Source: a virus
Taxonomy: Duplodnaviria; Caudoviricetes
Reading direction: 5' to 3' (one strand)
Virus record (IMG/VR): IMGVR_UViG_3300030107_004028
Coordinates: 1-50,644 of that record
Length of the DNA stretch: 50,644 nucleotides
Both the position numbers and the translations under genes were made by a program. The notes beneath the pieces are model-generated. The model was not told where the DNA came from. It did no database searches and worked only from the letters and a program-made list of their open reading frames with translations. The stretch's first letter is position 1, and each line of letters starts with the position of its first letter. Shown here piece by piece: positions 37,914 to 45,310 of this stretch.

Positions 37914-38197
37914 TGGCTAAGTGTCAACATTGTAATGAGCCCAACCCAGAGGGATTTTTTAATTGTCCCTCCTGTGGGCAGAGAGCTGCAAAGTCTAAGT
38001 GGAGCACGCAATTTGTTGTAAGGGAAAATAACCCTTGGGCAAGAGCTATAAGGCAAGATAAAGTTGATTTTAGTACAAAAGATATGAATCAACACGTAAA
38101 AGAATTGAAAAAAAAGAATTTAACTCCAAAGCTAGGCTCAGGAGACTTTGCTAAAGCTAAAGGAGTAAAACATAAAGATAGTGTTAAATTAAAATAA
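37913..38197 (+). CDS. Zinc-ribbon protein with basic tail
   Basis: CQHC and CPSCG motifs. Confidence 0.6.
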   Translation: MAKCQHCNEPNPEGFFNCPSCGQRAAKSKWSTQFVVRENNPWARAIRQDKVDFSTKDMNQHVKELKKKNLTPKLGSGDFAKAKGVKHKDSVKLK

Positions 38198-38207
38198 GGA
38201 GATAGTT

Positions 38208-38273
38208 ATGCCTAAAGGAGTACCATACGGCAAAGGAACGCCTAAGAGAAAGAGCAAGAAAAAGAAGAAGTGA
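38208..38273 (+). CDS. Lys-rich micro-protein (21 aa, not in ORF track)
   Basis: TAAGGAG RBS; MPKGVPYGKGTPKRKSKKKKK. Confidence 0.55.
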   Translation: MPKGVPYGKGTPKRKSKKKKK

Positions 38274-38443
38274 GAAGAAGATTATTTAACAATGTTTCTT
38301 CAAGGAAGAAAACATTAAAGAAAACAAGACAAGGAGAAAGCAAACACACTAGATTTGGAAGTATTCCAGACACTAGTCATATGTTTGTTTCAAAGAAAAG
38401 TTTAAAAAGATATAAAAAAGCATATAGAGGACAAGGAAAATAA
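38270..38443 (+). CDS. Basic micro-protein ending YRGQGK (57 aa, not in ORF track)
   Basis: GTGA-coupled start, TAATG-coupled end; K..RQG...YRGQG pattern. Confidence 0.6.
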   Translation: MRRRLFNNVSSRKKTLKKTRQGESKHTRFGSIPDTSHMFVSKKSLKRYKKAYRGQGK

Positions 38444-39066
38444 TGGCTGAAACATTTAAAAATCAAGTAGATGCACTAACAGGATTTGCTAGCACAGAAG
38501 ATGACGCATTATCTGACTGGCTAACTGCTGGGGCTAGGCTCGTATTGGATGTTATGAGTCCTACAAAGTTAATGAGAGTTGGAAGCAATACAAATTTTAC
38601 AGACTCAATAGATATTGAAGGTAAAAAAATAATTGCTGTGACTAGAAAAGACGCTAATAATAGCAATAGATATATGCCTTGTAGGCAATTATCTCCAAAT
38701 GAAATGGGAACAGTTCACGATTCATCTTATATGGAATATGCTACAACCAGTGACCCTGCTTATATAGTTCATAATGATGTATTAAACACATTCCCTCAAA
38801 GTGTTGCTTCTAATGATAGTCGTGTAACTTATATAGACACATCTATTACAGTAGCGCACGGAGACGGTGCAAGTGGAATATCAAATTTTCCTGACGAAGC
38901 AGAGAGAGGAGTTGTCCTTTATGCTGCAAGAAATGCTGTTGAAAGAAAGATATCAGATGCTAATGCAGACGAAGATGTAGAGTTAGTTTCAGGGTTGGCA
39001 GCTCAATACAAAATATTAGATGAGCAATATAAAGAACAAATACAAATATTACAAGGAAGTTTATAA
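38443..39066 (+). CDS. Probable head-tail adaptor/structural protein
   Basis: Position; helical N- and C-termini around a beta core (FPDEAERGVVLYAA). Confidence 0.55.
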   Translation: MAETFKNQVDALTGFASTEDDALSDWLTAGARLVLDVMSPTKLMRVGSNTNFTDSIDIEGKKIIAVTRKDANNSNRYMPCRQLSPNEMGTVHDSSYMEYATTSDPAYIVHNDVLNTFPQSVASNDSRVTYIDTSITVAHGDGASGISNFPDEAERGVVLYAARNAVERKISDANADEDVELVSGLAAQYKILDEQYKEQIQILQGSL

Positions 39067-39407
39067 TGGCAGCAATAGAATTTAGTGGAAAAGAAATATA
39101 CAGCAGAGTGAAACAAGCAGTTCCTGATGTGTCAGAGAACTATGTATTAAATTTAATTAATGAAGCATTAATTGATGTAGGAAGATATACAACTAAAATA
39201 GAAAATGCAAAAACAAATTTATATCACAATCAATTGTGGTATGCATTAGATGATGATGAATCTATAACGGTTAACAAGGTATTCAGATGTACAATATTAA
39301 ATTCAGATGGTGAATACATTAAGATTCCTAGATTGTCTAATGGAGAAATTAAACAATTCTACAACGAATCAAGTACAGCTTCAAATACTAATTGGACGGA
39401 GGTATAA
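39066..39407 (+). CDS. Probable adaptor-like structural protein (N-terminal-like half)
   Basis: EIYSRVK...VL.LINEALID helix pattern. Confidence 0.5.
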   Translation: MAAIEFSGKEIYSRVKQAVPDVSENYVLNLINEALIDVGRYTTKIENAKTNLYHNQLWYALDDDESITVNKVFRCTILNSDGEYIKIPRLSNGEIKQFYNESSTASNTNWTEV

Positions 39408-39859
39408 TGGCATACGTAAGCAGTTCATATACAGACCCTAATGATACTTTTGTATGGTGGATAGAAGGCGATAGGATAGCTATAGCAACCACAGACGGAG
39501 ACGGAAGTACTACAGAAACAGATGAAGGCAAATATAAAGCGGTTCAGTTAGGTTCAAGCAATGACCAAATGATTGGCGGGCTTTTAATATCTTATTATGC
39601 AGAGCCAGATAAATTAAGTTCTATAACAGGAACAATAGATATAGATAATTCTTTACAACCTGCTTTGATTGACTATGTAAAAGCTCAAGCACTTATGGAT
39701 GCAGCTGCTAGGGCTGATGACCCAAATTTGGCAATAATAAAATCTAAAGCAGCTGACAAATGTATGGCAAAATACAAAGAGTGCATTAGAAGATATGGTA
39801 TGAAGAAAAACGATAAGGTAGGAGGTACTAGAGCAGTTCTTCCAGCAGATTTAAGATAA
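39407..39859 (+). CDS. Probable adaptor-like structural protein (C-terminal-like half)
   Basis: GGAGG RBS; ISYYAEP...ID..LQPALIDYVKAQA. Confidence 0.5.
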   Translation: MAYVSSSYTDPNDTFVWWIEGDRIAIATTDGDGSTTETDEGKYKAVQLGSSNDQMIGGLLISYYAEPDKLSSITGTIDIDNSLQPALIDYVKAQALMDAAARADDPNLAIIKSKAADKCMAKYKECIRRYGMKKNDKVGGTRAVLPADLR

Positions 39860-40002
39860 TGTTTAGTGGACCAAATGGAGCAGGAAAAGGAGATAAACCA
39901 AGAATGGGTATTTCTCCAAATGAATGGGCTAAGCGTTGGGATAAAATATTTGGTAATAAAAAAGTAAAGGAAGGAAAAAAAGGTGGCACAAGAAGTAAGT
40001 AA
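39859..40002 (+). CDS. Small protein with GKGDKPR...WDKIF motif (47 aa, not in ORF track)
   Basis: TAATG-coupled start; fills gap. Confidence 0.6.
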   Translation: MFSGPNGAGKGDKPRMGISPNEWAKRWDKIFGNKKVKEGKKGGTRSK

Positions 40003-40276
40003 AGATAGCAAATTTACATTTAGTATAGAAACATTAGCTGGAATAGGTACAAGTATTTTTCTTATAGTGGGTATGTGGTTTACGCTTCAAGCAGATATTG
40101 AAGAAGCTAAAGAATTACCAGTACCAGAAGTAGGTCGAACAGAATATGATTTGAAAGACCAAATGATAAGAAATACAATCATCGAAACACAAAAAGATGT
40201 GGGAGAGATGAAAGAAGAACAAAAAGAAATGCGTAACGACGTTAAGAATATTGAACGTATGATGATGCAGAAGTGA
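39983..40276 (+). CDS. Single-TM coiled-coil membrane protein; paralog of 50090..50377
   Basis: Hydrophobic helix then coiled coil; near-identical C-terminal half to paralog. Confidence 0.75.
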   Translation: MAQEVSKDSKFTFSIETLAGIGTSIFLIVGMWFTLQADIEEAKELPVPEVGRTEYDLKDQMIRNTIIETQKDVGEMKEEQKEMRNDVKNIERMMMQK

Positions 40277-40359
40277 GGTGGAAAGATGAAATGGTTATAT
40301 GGTATGGTATATTTGCTTGGTATTTGTTTATCATTATCACCCTTATATGCGCAAGATAA
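40273..40359 (+). CDS. Putative out-of-frame transmembrane micro-ORF (28 aa)
   Basis: GTGA-coupled; MRWKDEMVIWYGIFAWYLFIIITLICAR; equivalent at 50374..50463. Confidence 0.4.
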   Translation: MRWKDEMVIWYGIFAWYLFIIITLICAR

Positions 40360-40687
40360 ATTAGAAAGTTTACAACAAGTACAATTCTTAAGTCAAAATA
40401 ATTGTGTTGTAATACAAGTAAATGCTGATTGGAATGCAAGAGCATCTCTTGATTTAGGAAAGATGAAAAATTGTGTTTGGTTTAATGCTAGCATAGATAA
40501 CCCAGAATATGGTGCTGTTATAGCAAGTGAATGGAAAATTGCTTCAGTTCCTACAATTATTATGTTTGAAAAGGGTAAAGAGATTAAAAGATGGGAAGCA
40601 GGATTATCATTCGCATTAAATGCAGATGATATTAAAAAAGAAATAAAGAATGAAATTGATGAAATTATGTTAAGGAGATTTCAGTAA
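40286..40687 (+). CDS. Secreted thioredoxin-fold protein lacking CXXC
   Basis: Signal peptide; VIQVNADWN in place of WCxxC; IASVPTIIMFEKGKEIKRW Trx C-terminal motif. Confidence 0.75.
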   Translation: MKWLYGMVYLLGICLSLSPLYAQDKLESLQQVQFLSQNNCVVIQVNADWNARASLDLGKMKNCVWFNASIDNPEYGAVIASEWKIASVPTIIMFEKGKEIKRWEAGLSFALNADDIKKEIKNEIDEIMLRRFQ

Positions 40688-40962
40688 TGAAAGCAATATC
40701 CGATAGCAGTTCTATGAAAATTTCACTTGGAACTTTAATCCAAGCTGTAGTTGGAATAGCTAGTTTAGTATGGATATATGCAAGTTTAACATCTGCAATT
40801 ATTACTATACAAAATAGATTAGACTCTATTGAGGCTGATGTTAAAGCTAATTTTGAATGGAGAGAAAGCTGGGAGAGTGGAGGGATTCTTCCATTAGATG
40901 TTTCTCAAAATGAAAAGATTGCTTACCTAGAAAAAGAAGTTGAAAGATTAAGAAATAAATAG
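40687..40962 (+). CDS. Single-TM coiled-coil membrane protein
   Basis: N-terminus resembles 39983 (ISDSSSMKISLGTL plus TM helix). Confidence 0.65.
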   Translation: MKAISDSSSMKISLGTLIQAVVGIASLVWIYASLTSAIITIQNRLDSIEADVKANFEWRESWESGGILPLDVSQNEKIAYLEKEVERLRNK

Positions 40963-40970
40963 GAGAAAAT

Positions 40971-42044
40971 ATGAAGAAATTACTATTAGGATTAATGTTA
41001 ATGTGCTCTTTAAGTGCTCAAGACTTTTTTAAGTTTAGCACTATTTATGGAGCATACAATTTAACAAGTCCTTTAACAAAAGACCAAACCTATCAAGTAA
41101 GCAACGGTGCTTTACAAGAAATACAAGAAGAGTTAGAAGACCACGGTTCTTTAACTTTAGGTATTAGAAAGTTAGCACGATTTGATTATGAGAATAAACC
41201 TGAAGTATGGTATACAGGAAAAGAAGCTCCTATCAATGAAAGTGTTATGATTGGTAATGGTATGGCACAAGGTTGGGAATATGTATTGGAATACTCTCAA
41301 CATCAACAATTCGGTGAAGAATTTGATAATCACGAATATATGCTACGATATTTAGCACCTAAGTTTATCTTTAAAGCTAACTACGATGCTAAAGGATTAG
41401 AAGATTTAGAGTTTGCAGCTGTTGATATGCGATTAAGGAAAAATGCAGGTAATTTAGATTTATCTATGGGTATAGCAGCTAGATTACATCCAGCATATTT
41501 AGATTTCCTACCTATTGATTTATGGTGGGATGAACAAGGGATAGATACAAGTGAGTATATTCCTTTTTGGTTATTTGCTTATGATAAAGGATATACAGAT
41601 GAATGGACACAACAGTATACTCAATATGGCTATGCATACTATGACTACCTATGGTGGGATGAAGAAGGAAATCTTGTAGCAACTACTGATGAAGAGTTTT
41701 ACACTTTAGTATATGGTGAATTAGTAGATGATTACAATGAAGATTATGCTCGTGATTTAGGTTATCAGTATGAATTATCTTTATCTTTAGGAATGGATTA
41801 CTATAAATATTTAGATGATAGTTGGATTCATATGTGGAGCACTATATATCCTTATAATAAAGGAATGTCAGATTATTCATTTAATTATGAAATAGCAGAC
41901 AATAAAATAGACTACGATATGGGAATAGTATTAGGATGGAAACTATCTCCTAAGTTCGGAGTATTTGTTCAAGGTCGTTACTTATCTATGTACGATGTAC
42001 AAAGTTATGAGGCAATGACAGGTATTAATTGGTTGATATATTAA
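40971..42044 (+). CDS. Secreted aromatic-rich protein, probable outer-membrane beta-barrel
   Basis: Signal peptide MKKLLLGLMLMCSLSA; alternating beta strands (DYDMGIVLGWKL, FGVFVQGRY); ends TGINWLIY. Confidence 0.6.
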   Translation: MKKLLLGLMLMCSLSAQDFFKFSTIYGAYNLTSPLTKDQTYQVSNGALQEIQEELEDHGSLTLGIRKLARFDYENKPEVWYTGKEAPINESVMIGNGMAQGWEYVLEYSQHQQFGEEFDNHEYMLRYLAPKFIFKANYDAKGLEDLEFAAVDMRLRKNAGNLDLSMGIAARLHPAYLDFLPIDLWWDEQGIDTSEYIPFWLFAYDKGYTDEWTQQYTQYGYAYYDYLWWDEEGNLVATTDEEFYTLVYGELVDDYNEDYARDLGYQYELSLSLGMDYYKYLDDSWIHMWSTIYPYNKGMSDYSFNYEIADNKIDYDMGIVLGWKLSPKFGVFVQGRYLSMYDVQSYEAMTGINWLIY

Positions 42045-42337
42045 TGACTTATATAATTACAGAACCTTGCGTAGGAACTTGCGATACAGCCTGTGTAGAA
42101 GTTTGTCCTGTTGATTGTATCCACGGACCAATAGATATTAAAGGAGCAGGGAAAGAAGTTAAAACATTAAAAACTCTTGATGGAATGCAATTATATATTG
42201 ACCCAGAAGAATGCATTGATTGTGGGGCGTGTGAACCAGAGTGTCCAGTAGACGCAATCTATGATGAGGATGAAGTTCCAAAAGAGTATAAAAAATTTTT
42301 AGAAATTAACGCAAACTTTTTTAAGGAGGTAGAATGA
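42044..42337 (+). CDS. Dicluster ferredoxin (FdxA/7Fe-like), auxiliary metabolic gene
   Basis: YIITEPCVGTCDTACVEVCPVDCI and YIDPEECIDCGACEPECPVDAI; ATG 42044. Confidence 0.92.
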   Translation: MTYIITEPCVGTCDTACVEVCPVDCIHGPIDIKGAGKEVKTLKTLDGMQLYIDPEECIDCGACEPECPVDAIYDEDEVPKEYKKFLEINANFFKEVE

Positions 42338-42447
42338 AATTATTTTTAATAGGAATGTTATTTGGACTAGGATTACATTTTGCTATATGTAAATATGGTG
42401 GATGTGTAAATGGATGTAGTTGTGAAAACTGGAAAGGTTTAAAATAA
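42334..42447 (+). CDS. Hydrophobic Cys-rich micro-protein (37 aa, not in ORF track)
   Basis: AAGGAGG RBS; ATGA/TAATG coupling; MKLFLIGMLFGLGLHFAICKYGGCVNGCSC... Confidence 0.6.
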   Translation: MKLFLIGMLFGLGLHFAICKYGGCVNGCSCENWKGLK

Positions 42448-42818
42448 TGCCAAAACTAAATGTAGTAGCTAACATTATAGATAAAGTAGCTGGTCACGTA
42501 GACAAGTTTACTTTAGATAAGCAAGAGAAAGCTGAGTTAATTGCAGAAATTAACAAAGCACAAATGGAAGTAAATAAAGTTGAAGCAGGACACACGTCTA
42601 TGTTTGTAGCGGGCTGGAGGCCATTTACGGGCTGGATTTGCGCTTCTGCATTAGCTTACCACTACATCTTACAACCTTTACTTACATTTGTTTTATACAG
42701 TTTTGGCAATGAAATAGTTTTACCAACATTTGATATGGGAACATTAACTACAGTACTTCTTGGGATGTTAGGTCTTGGAGGTATGCGTAGCTTTGAAAAG
42801 GTAAAGAGAAGTGCCTAA
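42447..42818 (+). CDS. Holin (3TM / gene-transfer-agent holin family)
   Basis: NKVEA.H.S.FVAGWRPF.GW.C...LLGMLGLGGMRSFEK. Confidence 0.85.
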   Translation: MPKLNVVANIIDKVAGHVDKFTLDKQEKAELIAEINKAQMEVNKVEAGHTSMFVAGWRPFTGWICASALAYHYILQPLLTFVLYSFGNEIVLPTFDMGTLTTVLLGMLGLGGMRSFEKVKRSA

Positions 42819-45310
42819 TGCCAAGACAATCTTTACAATTAAATGATTTCAGTGGAGGTTTAAACACTAAATCTTCTCCGAGGGATATTGCGCCTAATGA
42901 ACTATCAAAGGCAGACAATGTTGTAATATCTAATCCAGGTTTAATAGAATCTGCTTCAGATTCATCAGCAAAACTTGGGACAGCAAATGCACCTAATACC
43001 CAAACAACTGCAGGGTATGGAGCGTTTATGTTTAATTCTCAGTACAATACAGATAGTAGCGGAACTATTGGAGATTCAGTTCAAGTGTTTGCATACCCAG
43101 AAGATAATGCATCCACAACTACTACAAAAATTTTAACATATGCAAGAGCTTTTGGTAATAGTGGAAACTTTACACTAACAGAAGCAAGTGGAGATGCAAT
43201 AGTAGATATGCAAGTTACTGGCGGAGTTCATCCAGTATATTATTATGTAGATGGTTCATTGTATATTTCAGATGCAAAAGTGGTAGATGGAGACAATAGT
43301 ACAGAACCAAGAAAATTGCAATATGTTTCTAGTACTAGACTAGGTTCTTCTACAACTGTTGTTGGATGGTATGATACTACAATGAAAGTAGAGATACCAG
43401 GAACTTCAAATTTTGAAAGTATAGATTCTACAACAGATGGAAATTTCTCAAGCAATCCTGATAATGTAGGTGGTTTTGATGTTATATTAAGTACAGACCC
43501 TAGCACTGTATCTACAAATTTCTCAAACAAACAACAAGATTCAAGCAATATAATAACAACTACAAATCCAGGAGAAACAGCTCCTAGCCCTAATGAAGAT
43601 ATAAATGCAACAGACAAGACAATATATCTAAAAACTGAAGCTGGAGATGACAATATGACTGGAGCTTTTAGCGATGGAGATGAATTTTTTATTAATGGAG
43701 AAGGATTTAAAGTTAGAGGAATAAACGTTTTAAGTCCCAATACAGTTGTTCAATTAGTAGTAGATAGAGATGTATATGGAACTGGAGCTTTAATGCATCC
43801 AGCCAGTTCTAATGTAACAACTCAAAGCAGTAGCACTACAAGTGTTACTGGTGGTGGTTGGGAAGCTGGAACTTATGAATTTACACACACTATTATAGAT
43901 TTACAGGATAATGAAACATTGCCTCAGGCAATACAGTCTAATGTATTTAACATTACAGAAGGAAGTTATTTTACAAGAGTAGGATTAAGCGTTAAGTTTG
44001 AAGATTGGTCCAGCAGAAAGAATGAAAAAGGAGTTAGAATTTACACTAGAAAGAAAGGTGGAAATGGAAGATGGATTTTATTCTTAGATGTTGACTGGAG
44101 AAGAGGAGTAAGAAGTAATTTATTTGAAAAATATAAAGATGAGACAAATGGTTTTGGAAGTGCAGTCTCTACCAATTTTAAACAAGTCAAAAATTTAGAT
44201 ATTGTTAACCCTTCATTAGACAACTACGAAAGTATTAATGGATATTCACAAGATGAAGAAAGTATAGATTTCGGAACAGATGGTGGATATAAAGCAGCAA
44301 CAGTATGTGCAAGAAGAGCTTGGGTTGCAAATGTTAGAAAAAATGATGTAGTATATGATGATAGAGTATATTATACTCCAGTAAATAGATTTGGAACATT
44401 TCCAGATAGTTATTATTTAGATATAGGTATTAGCGACGGTGATGCATTTACAGCTTTACATAGTCTTGGAAATAGATTGTTAGCATTTAAACAAAAGAAA
44501 TTATATGTTATCAATGTGTCTTCTACGTCGGATGCTGGATGGTATCTAGAAGCAGAGTATGAAGGTATGGGATGTATAAATCAAAGTTCTGTTTCAAAAA
44601 CTCCATTTGGAGTAGCTTGGGTAAATAGTCACGGAGTATATTTATTTGACGGACAATCTATGCCAAAAGAATTAACATTAAAACTAGATGACAATCTCTG
44701 GAACCTTGGACAAGAAGCAAGCAATGTATTATATAATCCTTCAATAGGATATGACAATAAGTATAAACAATTATTTGTTTTACAAGATAGTGCTATTACT
44801 TCAAATTCTAATGTAGATACTGAAGATAGAGTGTTTGTTTTTGATTTTCCAACACAGTCTTGGACTACAAGAGATTCTATAGGAACTGCAGATATATCTA
44901 ATTTTGTTGATTCTTATGATGGAATATATTTCTTTAAACACTCTGATGATAAGATACATAAAGTAAATGGAGACACTGGAACTAAAACAATAGAATTAAT
45001 TACTAAAGATATAGATTTTGGAAATCCAGGTTTAGTTAAAAAAGTTAAAAAAGTTTATGTTACTGCTAGGGATGCAGCAGCTAATTCTACATTAACATTG
45101 TCTTATGCGCTTGATGGAAGCACAAGTTTTACAGCAGCATCTGTTCCAGGAAGTGGGCAAGCAACTATTAATAATGCACAGTATGAAGTTAATGCTTACA
45201 CTATTAATCAAAATTGTGAATCTGTAGCTTTGAAACTTGTAAGTAGTGGCAAGATAGATATTAACGATATAAATATAGATTTTAGATTAACTAATAAGAG
45301 ACCTTCATAA
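42818..45310 (+). CDS. Probable tail tubular/nozzle (packaged DNA stabilisation) protein
   Basis: NDFSGGLN...I..NE...ADNV N-terminus; beta-propeller-like body; TKDIDFG.PG..K.VKKVY. Confidence 0.75.
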   Translation: MPRQSLQLNDFSGGLNTKSSPRDIAPNELSKADNVVISNPGLIESASDSSAKLGTANAPNTQTTAGYGAFMFNSQYNTDSSGTIGDSVQVFAYPEDNASTTTTKILTYARAFGNSGNFTLTEASGDAIVDMQVTGGVHPVYYYVDGSLYISDAKVVDGDNSTEPRKLQYVSSTRLGSSTTVVGWYDTTMKVEIPGTSNFESIDSTTDGNFSSNPDNVGGFDVILSTDPSTVSTNFSNKQQDSSNIITTTNPGETAPSPNEDINATDKTIYLKTEAGDDNMTGAFSDGDEFFINGEGFKVRGINVLSPNTVVQLVVDRDVYGTGALMHPASSNVTTQSSSTTSVTGGGWEAGTYEFTHTIIDLQDNETLPQAIQSNVFNITEGSYFTRVGLSVKFEDWSSRKNEKGVRIYTRKKGGNGRWILFLDVDWRRGVRSNLFEKYKDETNGFGSAVSTNFKQVKNLDIVNPSLDNYESINGYSQDEESIDFGTDGGYKAATVCARRAWVANVRKNDVVYDDRVYYTPVNRFGTFPDSYYLDIGISDGDAFTALHSLGNRLLAFKQKKLYVINVSSTSDAGWYLEAEYEGMGCINQSSVSKTPFGVAWVNSHGVYLFDGQSMPKELTLKLDDNLWNLGQEASNVLYNPSIGYDNKYKQLFVLQDSAITSNSNVDTEDRVFVFDFPTQSWTTRDSIGTADISNFVDSYDGIYFFKHSDDKIHKVNGDTGTKTIELITKDIDFGNPGLVKKVKKVYVTARDAAANSTLTLSYALDGSTSFTAASVPGSGQATINNAQYEVNAYTINQNCESVALKLVSSGKIDINDINIDFRLTNKRPS

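Noticed and set aside
39859-40002. P-loop NTPase from the motif GPNGAGK
   Set aside because: Only 47 aa, followed by G rather than S/T and with no Walker B; it fits a small GKGDKPR-type phage peptide.
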